A model generated the notes under the pieces. The model worked only from the letters and a program-made list of their open reading frames with translations, searched no databases and was not told the origin of the DNA. Positions 39,965-49,210 of a DNA stretch of 64,000 nucleotides are shown piece by piece. This DNA is from Candidatus Versatilivorator sp. (GTDB taxonomy: Bacteria > Acidobacteriota > Terriglobia > Versatilivoradales > Versatilivoraceae): assembly GCA_965204005.1 (NCBI GenBank), contig OZ241970.1, positions 4,805,109 to 4,869,108 on the forward strand. Direction: 5' to 3'. Each line of letters starts with the position of its first letter. The first letter of the stretch is position 1. A program made the position numbers and the translations under genes.

Positions 39965-40696
39965 TCACCGATATCTGCCGGTTAGCTGATTCCAACGAAT
40001 CAGGAACAAGCCGAGAATCATCTTGACGCCGTCCTGCAGCAGGCGGACCTTGGTTCCTTCGGCATGGTTCCATCGTATGGGAATCTCTTCGAGCCGGAGG
40101 CCGCGAGTCCTGGCCAGGAAAAGGATCTCCGGATCGAATCCGAAACCGGCGATGCGCTGGCGCGCCAGCACGGGGAGCATGGGTTCTCGCCGGAAAGCCT
40201 TGAAACCACACTGAGTGTCCCGAAAGGGCAGGCCGGTCAGGAGGTATACCAGGCGGTTGAAGAGGCGCCCGGCGTACTCCCGGAAGGCGGACTGGCGTGT
40301 TCCGATGAGTGAACGGTCCAGAGCCCTGGAACCGAGTGTGAGGTCCCGCTTGCCCCGGACAATGGGGTCCAGAAGCTTGCACATTTCCTCGATGGGTGCG
40401 GACAGGTCGGCGTCGCTGATCAACACCACCTGCCCCTTGGCTTCCAGGACGCCGTTTCTGACGCTGAATCCCTTGCCCAGGTTTCGAGGGTTGTCCACCA
40501 GGCGCAGGTTGGGCCAATGCCTGGCGCAGCCGGCAACCAGGGGGCCCGTCCGGTCCCGGGACCCGTCGTTGACCACCAGGACTTCCGCCCGCAGCGACTG
40601 GCTCCGGAGGTAGTTGCGCACCGTCTCCAGGGTCTGCTCGATTCGTTCCGCTTCGTTGTAGGCGGGGATGACAATGGAAAGGAAGGGCGGCTCCAT
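39965..40696 (-). CDS. Family 2 glycosyltransferase (polyprenyl-phosphate sugar synthase-like)
   Basis: LSIVIPAYNEAERI, VLVVNDGSRDRT and VLISDADLS are GT2 DxD-type motifs. 243 aa. Confidence 0.85.
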   Translation of the reverse strand: MEPPFLSIVIPAYNEAERIEQTLETVRNYLRSQSLRAEVLVVNDGSRDRTGPLVAGCARHWPNLRLVDNPRNLGKGFSVRNGVLEAKGQVVLISDADLSAPIEEMCKLLDPIVRGKRDLTLGSRALDRSLIGTRQSAFREYAGRLFNRLVYLLTGLPFRDTQCGFKAFRREPMLPVLARQRIAGFGFDPEILFLARTRGLRLEEIPIRWNHAEGTKVRLLQDGVKMILGLFLIRWNQLTGRYR

Positions 40697-40753
40697 ATCG
40701 CTTACCCATTATGATACACGAGCGACGGACTGGAGGTGTCGTTCTGAGGAGTT

Positions 40754-40861
40754 TGTGCGGGCGGGACGCCCGCGTTCCCGGGTGGGCCATCAACCACCCA
40801 ACCAACCGGGAACATGATTTACACCCCGCCCAGGAATGGGGCAAGGGGCTGTTTGCAAGCC
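40754..40861 (+). repeat. 108-bp direct repeat, copy 1 (family R4)
   Basis: tgtgcgggcgggacgcccgcgttcccgggtggg...acaccccgcccaggaatggggcaaggggctgtttgcaagcc is about 90% identical to 41059-41165. Confidence 0.8.
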
Positions 40862-41058
40862 TCAAGAATCACCCCCGGGACCGCGGGCGTCTCGCCCGCA
40901 ACCTTATTCCTGGCTGGAGGAGATGGAGCGACAGCGCAACGTTGCCGGCAGGCAGCCACCCCGCCGGCGTGAACGGCATTGGCCAGTCCAAATGAAGGGC
41001 AAGGCCCCGTTGCCGTTCCATCCCGGCGGCGGAGTCGGCCAAGGCTGTGGCGGGCTAA

Positions 41059-41165
41059 TGTGCGGGCGGGACGCCCGCGTTCCCGGGTGGGCATCATCCA
41101 CCCAACAAACCGGGACCATGGTTTACACCCCGCCCAGGAATGGGGCAAGGGGCCGTTTGCAAGCC
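41059..41165 (+). repeat. 107-bp direct repeat, copy 2 (family R4)
   Basis: See copy 1. The copies are separated by 197 bp, which contains another GCGGGC-GTCTC-GCCCGC hairpin (about 40884-40900). Confidence 0.8.
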
Positions 41166-41396
41166 GGAGAATCGCTCCCCCCTCGAGGGGGAGCCGGCGA
41201 GTTTCTTGAACGATGTTGGACGAAATTGGGGAGCAGACGACCGGAGGCAGTCATTTGAAAAGGACTCCCCGATCCCCCGCCTCCCCGCCGTTTTGACAAC
41301 CTTTCGGGGCCTTCTCTATACTGATCTGTTCGGCCTTGCCCGGCGGCGTCTGCCGTAGGACCCTGAAAGCGTTCACCCATTCAACCCCTCCGCTCC

Positions 41397-44297
41397 ATGG
41401 ACCGGGAAGTTCTTCAAGTTCGAGGCGCCAAGGTACACAATCTCAGAAATGTCGACTGCCAGATCCCTCATGAAAGTCTGACCGTGATCACGGGAGTGAG
41501 CGGATCGGGGAAGTCCAGCCTGGCCTTCGATACCATTTATGCCGAGGGGCAGCGGCGCTATGTAGAGTCGCTCTCCGCCTACGCCCGCCAGTTCCTGGAA
41601 CGCATCCAGAAACCCGACGTGGAAGAGGTGGCGGGCATCTCGCCGGCGATCGCCATCAAGCAGAAGAACAGCCTGCGCAATCCCCGCTCCACGGTGGGAA
41701 CGGTCACGGAAATCTATGATTACTTGCGCCTGCTCTACGCCCGAATCGGCCGCACCTTCTGTTGGCAGTGCGGAACCGAGGTCAAAAAGGACGTCCTGGA
41801 CCAGGCGGTCACCCGTCTGATGGCGCTTCCCGCGGGAACGCGTCTCTACATCCTCTTTCCCTTTGCCCACTATCGTCGTTATCAGGAGCTGAAAAAGAGC
41901 CGTTCGGGCTCCAGGCCGCGCCCCGGGGGGCGGGAGCCGGAACTCCTCGCGACCGTGTTGCGGGACCTGCGCCGACATGGCTTCAACCGCCTCTACCGGG
42001 AGGGACGCATCTACGAGCTGTCCGACCCCGAGTCGCTGCTGGACCTGGACTTCTCCGCTCCCCTGGAGGTTCTGGTCGATCGGGTCGTCATTGGGCCCGG
42101 GCTGCGCCAGCGCCTGGCTGACTCGCTGGAGATCTGCTACCGGGAAGGCTCGGGCCGCGCCCTGGTGGAAGTGGTGGGCCGGCCGGATGCAGTCCCGGAC
42201 TCGGCGGCGGTCGATTCCGAAGTCAATGGAGCGGAGGTGGGCACTCGCTTCTCCTTCAACGAGGGATTCGTATGCCGCCGGTGCCACATCGCATACGAGC
42301 AACCCGAGCCCCGCCTGTTCTCCTTCAACAACCCCTTTGGGGCCTGTCCCCGCTGCCAGGGGTTCGGCAACACCATGGATATCGATTTGAAGCGGGTGAT
42401 CCCCGATCCGGACAAGAGTCTGCGGCAGGGGGCCATCGAGCCCTGGACCAAGCCTCGCTATCGGCGGCTGCGGGCCGAGTTCAAGCGCTTTGCCCAGCGA
42501 CACGGCATTCCCTGGGAAATCCCCTACCGCGACCTGCTCCCCCTGCAGAAAGACCTGATCAATGCCGGGGACGAGAGTTTTCGAGGCATCCGGCGCTTCT
42601 TCGATTATCTGGAAACCAAGAAGTACAAGCTCTACATCCGCGTGTTCCTGAGCCGCTACCGCGGATACACTCGCTGCCTGAGCTGTTCCGGAACCCGGCT
42701 GCGCGCCGAAGCCCGGGCCGTCAAGATCGCCGGGAGGGAAATCGGCGAGGTCACTGCCATGACCGTCGGCGAGGCCCGCCGGTTCTTCCGGAGTCTGAAG
42801 CTGACCGCCTACGAATCCAGCGTAGCCCATCGGATCCTGGAAGAGCTGCGCATGCGCCTCGGATTTCTCTACCGGGTGGGCCTGGAGTACCTGACGCTGG
42901 ACCGGCTGGCGGCCACCCTGTCCGGGGGCGAAGCACAGAGGATCCAGTTGGCCACCTCCCTGGGCTCCTCCCTGGTGGGAGCCCTTTACGTCCTGGACGA
43001 ACCCTCGATCGGTCTGCATCCCCGAGACAATGCGCGGCTGATCGAGATCCTCAAGAGCCTGAGGGATATGGGCAATACCATCCTGGTGGTGGAGCACGAG
43101 CCGGCCATGATCCAGTCCGCCGACCGCATCATCGACATGGGCCCCGGCGCGGGGGAACAGGGGGGGCGGGTGGTATTCTCCGGGGACTTCCCCAACCTGA
43201 TCCATTGCCGCGGTTCGCTCACGGGCAAGTACCTGAGCAGGGAGCTGGAGATCCCCGTTCCTTCGTCCCGGTCTTCTCCCGACAGCCGCTGGTTGAGGCT
43301 CTACGGGGCCGAGGAGAACAACCTGAAACGGCTGGACGTGGAGATTCCCCTGGGAATCGTCACCTGCATCACCGGAGTCTCCGGGTCGGGGAAGTCGACA
43401 TTGGTCCACCAGGTCCTCTACGCGGCTCTGAAGGCCCGCAAGGGGGAGGCGCCCGATCGCGGCAACTACCGGAGCATGGAGGGCGAGCACTGGATCTCGG
43501 ACGTGCGCCTGGTGGACCAGTCGCCCATCGGCCGAACTCCGCGTTCCAATCCGATCACCTACATCAAGGCCTTCGATGCCGTTCGAGAGCTGTTTGCCTC
43601 CACCCGGGAGGCTCGGGAGCGGCGCCTGAGCGCCGGTGACTTCTCCTTCAACCTGGCGGGAGGGCGCTGCGATCACTGCCAGGGGGACGGCACCGTAACC
43701 GTGGAGATGCAGTTCCTGGCCGACGTGGAGCTGGTGTGCGAGGAATGCAAGGGGACTCGCTACAAATCGAGCTTGCTGGAGGTGCGCTACAAAGGCAAGA
43801 ATATCCACGAAGTGCTGCAGATGACCGTGCGGGAGGCCATGAGCTTCTTCTCCGCCGTCCCCAGGCTGACCAGGAAACTGAAGGTGTTGGAGGACGTAGG
43901 GCTGGGCTACCTCCGGCTGGGACAATCCGCCACCACGCTCTCGGGCGGGGAAGCCCAACGGATCAAGCTGGCCTTTCACCTCTCCCGTCAAGTGGGCAAG
44001 CACGCGCTCTACCTGTTCGACGAACCCACCACCGGTCTGCATTTCGACGACGTCCACAAGTTGCTGCGGGCCTTTCGCCGCCTGGTTCGGGCCGGAGCCA
44101 CCATCCTGGTCATCGAGCACAACCTGGACGTGATCAAGACGGCCGACTGGATCATCGACCTGGGACCCGAGGGGGGAGAGCAGGGAGGCACCGTGGTGGC
44201 AGCCGGACCTCCCGAGCGGGTGGCCTCCGCCGAAGGGAGTCACACGGGCCGGTTCCTGAAGGAAGTGCTGGCCGGCAACGGCCAACGGGTGATCTGA
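41397..44297 (+). CDS. uvrA: Excinuclease ABC subunit A
   Basis: 966 aa. Has GVSGSGKSSLAFDTIYAEGQRRY, two ABC modules (LSGGEAQRI twice), and zinc-finger cysteines. Confidence 0.97.
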   Translation: MDREVLQVRGAKVHNLRNVDCQIPHESLTVITGVSGSGKSSLAFDTIYAEGQRRYVESLSAYARQFLERIQKPDVEEVAGISPAIAIKQKNSLRNPRSTVGTVTEIYDYLRLLYARIGRTFCWQCGTEVKKDVLDQAVTRLMALPAGTRLYILFPFAHYRRYQELKKSRSGSRPRPGGREPELLATVLRDLRRHGFNRLYREGRIYELSDPESLLDLDFSAPLEVLVDRVVIGPGLRQRLADSLEICYREGSGRALVEVVGRPDAVPDSAAVDSEVNGAEVGTRFSFNEGFVCRRCHIAYEQPEPRLFSFNNPFGACPRCQGFGNTMDIDLKRVIPDPDKSLRQGAIEPWTKPRYRRLRAEFKRFAQRHGIPWEIPYRDLLPLQKDLINAGDESFRGIRRFFDYLETKKYKLYIRVFLSRYRGYTRCLSCSGTRLRAEARAVKIAGREIGEVTAMTVGEARRFFRSLKLTAYESSVAHRILEELRMRLGFLYRVGLEYLTLDRLAATLSGGEAQRIQLATSLGSSLVGALYVLDEPSIGLHPRDNARLIEILKSLRDMGNTILVVEHEPAMIQSADRIIDMGPGAGEQGGRVVFSGDFPNLIHCRGSLTGKYLSRELEIPVPSSRSSPDSRWLRLYGAEENNLKRLDVEIPLGIVTCITGVSGSGKSTLVHQVLYAALKARKGEAPDRGNYRSMEGEHWISDVRLVDQSPIGRTPRSNPITYIKAFDAVRELFASTREARERRLSAGDFSFNLAGGRCDHCQGDGTVTVEMQFLADVELVCEECKGTRYKSSLLEVRYKGKNIHEVLQMTVREAMSFFSAVPRLTRKLKVLEDVGLGYLRLGQSATTLSGGEAQRIKLAFHLSRQVGKHALYLFDEPTTGLHFDDVHKLLRAFRRLVRAGATILVIEHNLDVIKTADWIIDLGPEGGEQGGTVVAAGPPERVASAEGSHTGRFLKEVLAGNGQRVI

Positions 44298-45689
44298 ATG
44301 GTGCCGAGCGCACACAGCAGGGAAGCGTCGTTCCTCCCTCCGCCCACCCGGTCCGGACGGGTCTGTTTTTGGGCCATCCTGCTCGGGCTGGTTCTGGCCA
44401 CCGACTCCGGTGCCGGCGGTCCGCCCCGGGATCTACCCGCCCCTGGAACAGCGGCAGAGGAGACGATCGAGCCCGAAGAAGCCGAGCTGGACTATCTCGG
44501 CCTGGCCGAGGGCCACCGCCAGGCCGGGGAGTATCTGCAAGCCGTCTCGGCCTACCAGTTGGCCCTGATCGAGGATCCTCACAATTCCGTGGCCTGGTTT
44601 GGCCTGGCGCTGTCCCAGTACGAAGCCGGCCAGGTCCAGGAGGCCATCGGCTCCTACAAGGAAGCCCTGAAGAACGATCCCGGCCTGTGGGAGGCGGAGA
44701 TGAACCTGGGGGTGATCTGGTTCAACCGCAAGAACCCGGGTCAGGCCCTTGTCCATTTCGAGCGGGCCCAGGCCCTGAGCCCGGAAAGCTGGCGGCCCTT
44801 CTTCCTGGCGGGGGAGGTCCACCGCCTGCGGGACGACCTGCCGGAAGCGGAAGCCGGCTACAAGCGGGCGCTGGATCTGATCCGGGAAGGTGAGGAGCAA
44901 GCCGTCATCCGCCAGGCGCTGGTCTCCGTCTATCTGGCGAAAAAGGACTATGCCGCAGCCGCCAGGCAGGTCATGGCCTCCCGTCCCCATGCGACGGACA
45001 TGGAAGCAAGCGACCGCCAGTTGGCGGGGCTTTACCTGGAGATGGACCAGGAGGAGAAGGCCCTGCCCTATCTGGAGCGCCTGGCGGCCAATCCCTCGGC
45101 GGATCCGCGATTGCACGAGACCATCGGTTGGATGCGGGTGGATCGGAAGGACTACGACCGGGGCCTCCGCTCGCTTGAAATCGCGCTGGAGCGGCAACCC
45201 GACCTCGCGCGGAGGGAGGAGCTCTCCCTGCGGATGGTCAAGCTCCACATTCGCCTGGAGCAGTTCGACGAGGCCGTCGCCCTGCTGGAGAGGGGACTGC
45301 CCGGCTCCGCCAATCCGGAACGGTATTTTCTGTTGGGGTCGCTCCACCTGCAAGCGGACCGGCTGGAGCCTGCCGGGAAGAGGCTGGCCCAGGCCCTGCA
45401 TCTGGACGCCGACTGCGCCCAGTGCTACAACAAGCTCGCCGCCATTTACCTGAAGCAGGAAGACTTCGGCCGGGCCATCCCCCTGCTGGAACGCTATCGG
45501 GAACTGCAGCCGGAGGAGGCGATGACCTACTTCTACCTGGGAGTTGCCTACGACAGGTTGAGGCACTATCGTAAGTCCATCCCGCCGTATGAGAAGTTTC
45601 TCGAGCTGGACCAGGGACGGCACGATCGGGAGAGCTTTCAGGTCCGCCAGAGGTTGAAGGGCCTGAAGAAGCGGGTAGGGAGACGGTGA
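44298..45689 (+). CDS. TPR-repeat protein with an N-terminal signal/anchor
   Basis: Multiple 34-aa TPR-like repeats (AWFGLALSQYEAGQVQEAIGSYKEALKNDP and others). The ATG immediately follows the uvrA stop. Confidence 0.75.
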   Translation: MVPSAHSREASFLPPPTRSGRVCFWAILLGLVLATDSGAGGPPRDLPAPGTAAEETIEPEEAELDYLGLAEGHRQAGEYLQAVSAYQLALIEDPHNSVAWFGLALSQYEAGQVQEAIGSYKEALKNDPGLWEAEMNLGVIWFNRKNPGQALVHFERAQALSPESWRPFFLAGEVHRLRDDLPEAEAGYKRALDLIREGEEQAVIRQALVSVYLAKKDYAAAARQVMASRPHATDMEASDRQLAGLYLEMDQEEKALPYLERLAANPSADPRLHETIGWMRVDRKDYDRGLRSLEIALERQPDLARREELSLRMVKLHIRLEQFDEAVALLERGLPGSANPERYFLLGSLHLQADRLEPAGKRLAQALHLDADCAQCYNKLAAIYLKQEDFGRAIPLLERYRELQPEEAMTYFYLGVAYDRLRHYRKSIPPYEKFLELDQGRHDRESFQVRQRLKGLKKRVGRR

Positions 45690-45690
45690 T

Positions 45691-46326
45691 TTGAAAGCGA
45701 TGGCCACCATCGACGGCGCGACCGGGCCCCCAAGGGGGCGCCATCTCGTCTCGGAGGGGAGTCGGCGGCGCCGGTGCCGGGTCCGGTCTCTTCCGGCTTG
45801 TCTGGCGATCCTGTCGCTGGCGGTCCCCGTCCTGGCCCAGGATGCCAAGCTGGAGCGCCGCTACCAGGGCCAGCAAGGAAAGCTGAAACGGCAGGGTAAC
45901 AGCGTCAAGAAGGTGAAGATCCTGATCCGGATGTCGGCTATCGACCTGGAAATCGTCAGCCGCAGGGTGCGGAGGGGTCTTTATTCCGAAGCCGATCGCA
46001 TCCTGGAGCGGTACGCCGGCACCGTCGGCCGGGCCGATCGGGTTCTGAAGGACTCCAAGCGGGACCCTCAGCGCAAGCCCGGCGGTTTCAAGCACCTGGA
46101 AATTTCCCTGCGAAAGCAGTTGCGGCAACTGACCGACCTGAGGGACCGCTACCCCTTTGACCGGCAACAGGTGATCGACCGCACCATCGCCTGCGCCGAA
46201 GCGGTCAAGCAGGGCATGATTGCGGCGCTGTTCGGACCCGACAACACCGGCCGTTCCAATGGCGGATCTGCCGGGTCCGGGCAGGCGGAGACTGCCGAGG
46301 GTCCTTCCCCGTGCCGGATGGAGTGA
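45691..46326 (+). CDS. Hypothetical secreted protein
   Basis: The ORF has a signal-like LPACLAILSLAVPVLAQDAK. The start is uncertain (TTG 45691 or ATG 45700). No recognisable domain. Confidence 0.4.
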   Translation: MKAMATIDGATGPPRGRHLVSEGSRRRRCRVRSLPACLAILSLAVPVLAQDAKLERRYQGQQGKLKRQGNSVKKVKILIRMSAIDLEIVSRRVRRGLYSEADRILERYAGTVGRADRVLKDSKRDPQRKPGGFKHLEISLRKQLRQLTDLRDRYPFDRQQVIDRTIACAEAVKQGMIAALFGPDNTGRSNGGSAGSGQAETAEGPSPCRME

Positions 46327-46330
46327 GACC

Positions 46331-47020
46331 ATGAGAACAGGATGCCTTCGCGCGCGCGCCGGTCTTTTGCGGCGGCATTGGAACCGTTGGCCCGATTGGG
46401 CGCCCGCGTTGGCGGCTTGGACCTTGCTGCTGCCGGCGGCCGGCGGGCTCCATGCCCTCGCCGTCGACTATCTGAGCCACGAAGAGATCGAAAAGGTTCG
46501 AGATGCCCAGAGGCCCCACCAGCGGATGTCGGTTCTGAACGACATTTTCAAGCGCCGCATGGAGGGCGCCATGGCCAGTTGGGAGGATTCCGAGGCCGGG
46601 GACGGCAGTCCCCGAGCCCAATCCCGGCGCCAGGGGAAGGAAGCGGGCAAGCCTGGCCGTTCCCTTTCCTTCAGGGGATGGATGAAAGAAGTGGCCATGT
46701 GCCTGGAGGACATCGAGACCAACCTGGAAGGCTACCCCCTGGATGGGCCTCTCAGCGTTTGGGACTTGGAAACGGGACGGCCCCTACGCATGAACACCAA
46801 GAAGTTCCGCAAGGCGTTGAAGAAGCTGCGGAAATCCCTGACCGAGTTCGACGGCTGGCTCTCCCCCAGGCTGGATCGAGTGGCGGGAGCCGAGAGTCGA
46901 TTGGCGGAGGAGGTTGCCGACATTCTGTCGGATCTGGACGAGGCGTTGGAGGAGACCATCGAGCTGGCAGGCGGAGTCATAAACGAGGAGGGTCCGGCAA
47001 AGCGCCGGGCCAGGCCGTGA
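46331..47020 (+). CDS. Hypothetical secreted protein
   Basis: The ATG at 46331 is preferred over the ORF-track start at 46220. It has the hydrophobic segment WAPALAAWTLLLPAAGGLHA. No recognisable domain. Confidence 0.4.
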   Translation: MRTGCLRARAGLLRRHWNRWPDWAPALAAWTLLLPAAGGLHALAVDYLSHEEIEKVRDAQRPHQRMSVLNDIFKRRMEGAMASWEDSEAGDGSPRAQSRRQGKEAGKPGRSLSFRGWMKEVAMCLEDIETNLEGYPLDGPLSVWDLETGRPLRMNTKKFRKALKKLRKSLTEFDGWLSPRLDRVAGAESRLAEEVADILSDLDEALEETIELAGGVINEEGPAKRRARP

Positions 47021-47026
47021 GGGACG

Positions 47027-47758
47027 ATGAACACGCAGCCTGAGCGGAACATCGGTCGCGGGGGGTTGACGCTTGCGCAGATCGGCCGAATCTTTGCCGC
47101 GGCCTACCACAGGCTCGAAAGTGAACGGCCCTGTCCCCCGATCCGGGTCGAGTATTACCGCTTCGTGGGAATCAACCACACCGTTCGACTCCGGCAGGGC
47201 CGGCTCCTGGTTCGGCTCAGCGATCTCTTCAGGCAGGCCCCGGCCCCGGTCCTGGAGGCCTTGGCCGCCATCCTGCTGGCAAAGTTGTACCGGCGCAACC
47301 TGCCGCGGGAAGCCCGGGCAGCCTACAGGGAGTACAGCAACTCTCCGGAGATGAGGCGCAAGGCTCAGGCCTCCCGGCGGAGGCGGGGACGCAAGCTGCT
47401 GGCGGGCCCGGAGGGCAGCCGTTACGATCTGACGGCCCTGTTCGACGATCTCAACCGGCAGTATTTCAACGGACGCCTGCCCCCTGTCCGGTTGGGGTGG
47501 AGCTTGAGGAAGAGCCGCAGAATCCTGGGTCACTTCGATCCCTCCCACCGGAGCATCACGCTCAGCCGGTGGCTGGACCATCCCCGGGTTCCGGAGGTGG
47601 TGGTGCGTTTCGTTCTCTTTCACGAGATGCTGCACGCCAAGCTTCTGGCCCTCTCCTTCTTCGATGTCAGGAACCCCCACTCCCGGCAGTTTCGTGAGGA
47701 AGAGCAGACCTTTCGCGGGCATGAGGAAGCCAGGAACTGGATACGAAACTGTTCGTGA
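47027..47758 (+). CDS. SprT-like / DUF45-type zinc metalloprotease-fold protein
   Basis: VVRFVLFHEMLHAKL contains an HExxH motif in a context typical of SprT-like domains. 243 aa. Confidence 0.55.
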   Translation: MNTQPERNIGRGGLTLAQIGRIFAAAYHRLESERPCPPIRVEYYRFVGINHTVRLRQGRLLVRLSDLFRQAPAPVLEALAAILLAKLYRRNLPREARAAYREYSNSPEMRRKAQASRRRRGRKLLAGPEGSRYDLTALFDDLNRQYFNGRLPPVRLGWSLRKSRRILGHFDPSHRSITLSRWLDHPRVPEVVVRFVLFHEMLHAKLLALSFFDVRNPHSRQFREEEQTFRGHEEARNWIRNCS

Positions 47759-48068
47759 GCGGGAATGGTGAACACGGAGCAGTGCAATCTGCTCCAAACG
47801 CGGATTTCCTTGCAGTTGCGTAAACTCGACGGGAGTTTTTCACAGCTTTTTCCACAGATTCTGTTGAAAACCGACCCGGCCGGCACCCTGGGCCGGTCGC
47901 TTCGTGGGAGCCTTGGCGTGAAGAGACTGACATCGGAACAGCGACGCTTTTTTCGGGAGAAGGGCTATCTGCCGCTGGATTTCCGCTATACCGGTCCGGA
48001 GGAGGAGCGGCCGCCGTTCCGCGTGGTTCGGGGAAGGCGCTGCGGCGAGGTTGTCTGAGGAGGCCCAC

Positions 48069-49004
48069 ATGAAAGCCAACGGAACAGCCATCGGCGGTGT
48101 GGTTCCCATCATTCCGGTCCCCTTCGACGCCGGGGAGTCGGTGGACGAGGCTGCCCTGCGGCGGCTGGTCGACTTCGCGGTTGCCTGCAAGCTGGATGCC
48201 GTCTGCCTGCCCGCCTACGGAAGCGAGTTCTACAAGCTTTCCGAGGAGGAACGGACCCGGGTAGTGGCCCTGGCGGCCGACCAGGCGGCGGGTCGGCTCA
48301 AGGTGGTCGCCCAGTGCAACCACGGGTCCTCCAGGGTGGCCTCCGCCCTGGCAAAGTCCAATCTGGAGGCCGGCGCGGACCTGGTTTCCATCGCCATCCC
48401 CCGGCAGTTTCCGGTTCCGGAGGATGACCTGTTGAGGTTTCTGGCGGCATTCCTCGACAGCTTCACCGCCCCCTGCCTGCTTCAGGACTTCAATCCGGGA
48501 GGTCCCACGCTGAGCACTTCCTTCCTGACCCGGCTGCGGGCGGAGTGCCCCAATCTGGCCTATTTGAAGCTGGAGGAGCCGCTCAGCGCCTCCAAGGTGG
48601 CCGCAATGGTGGAGGCCACCGGCGGCGAGGTGGGCATCCTCACCGGCTGGGGCGGGCTGTACATGATGGAGTTGATCCCGGCGGGAATCTGCGGTCTGAT
48701 GCCGGGGTTGGGCCTGGCGGATCTCCTGAACCGGATTTTTTGGCTGGCCAAGGAAGGGGACACCGACCGGGCGTTTCACTTCTTCGAGAGAATCGTCCCC
48801 CTGCTGTTCCTGTCGCTGCAACACCTGGAACTCTACCACTACTGCGAAAAACGCCTGCTCCAGGCCAGGGGGTGGCTGGAGGACGCCCGCTGCCGGCAAG
48901 CCGCCTACCAGCCCGATGCCTATACCCGGGGGCACCTGGAACGCCTCCTGCAGCGGGCGCTCCGGACGTTGGAGGACGCGGGACTTGGGAAGTGGGAAGT
49001 GTGA
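48069..49004 (+). CDS. Dihydrodipicolinate synthase/N-acetylneuraminate lyase family (class I aldolase) protein
   Basis: VVPIIPVPFDAGESVDEAALRRLVDF...AVCLPAYGSEFYKLSEEERTRVV is a DapA-family pattern. The start was moved to the ATG at 48069. The last residues overlap a tandem-repeat run. Confidence 0.7.
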   Translation: MKANGTAIGGVVPIIPVPFDAGESVDEAALRRLVDFAVACKLDAVCLPAYGSEFYKLSEEERTRVVALAADQAAGRLKVVAQCNHGSSRVASALAKSNLEAGADLVSIAIPRQFPVPEDDLLRFLAAFLDSFTAPCLLQDFNPGGPTLSTSFLTRLRAECPNLAYLKLEEPLSASKVAAMVEATGGEVGILTGWGGLYMMELIPAGICGLMPGLGLADLLNRIFWLAKEGDTDRAFHFFERIVPLLFLSLQHLELYHYCEKRLLQARGWLEDARCRQAAYQPDAYTRGHLERLLQRALRTLEDAGLGKWEV

Positions 49005-49190
49005 AGTGTGAAGTTTGAAGTGTGGAGAGTGGTCAGCCGTGGGTTTGGGGAGCAGGCAAGCGCCTGGTGGCTGCAAACCGGTTCAACGTCAGGCGGGGGC
49101 CGGACATATTTTAGGGAGTGCGCCGAGACCGACAGGATGCTTCGCGTGTCGATTCCATAACTCTCCACTCTTCACTCTCCACTATCCACC
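48987..49190 (-). repeat. Family R3 composite element, copy B (reverse orientation)
   Basis: The reverse complement contains GTGGAGAGTGAAGAGTGGAGAGTTATGGAATCGACACGCGAAGCATCCTGTCGGTCTCGG and the ...CTGCTCCCCAAACCC... tail, as in copy A. The GGGAAGT/GTGAAGT run spans 48987-49032. The arms gtggagagtg (49022-49031) and cactctccac (49173-49182) are complementary. Confidence 0.7.
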
Positions 49191-49210
49191 AAATACGAAG
49201 GAGATCATCC

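Noticed and set aside
47915-48058. A short frame, VKRLTSEQRRFFREKGYLPLDFRY..., resembling the N-terminus of PhyH-type dioxygenases (LT.EQ...F...GYL).
   Set aside because: Only about 25 residues resemble the family. The rest of the frame is Arg/Gly-rich and terminates after 47 codons. It may be a gene remnant, but the evidence is too weak to annotate.
44433-49076. Long minus-strand ORFs 44433-45848, 45238-46332, 46784-47797 and 47667-49076.
   Set aside because: These lie antisense to plus-strand genes with recognisable TPR, HExxH or DapA-like features, and their composition is typical of shadow ORFs. Note that 47667-49076 also runs through a tandem-repeat element.
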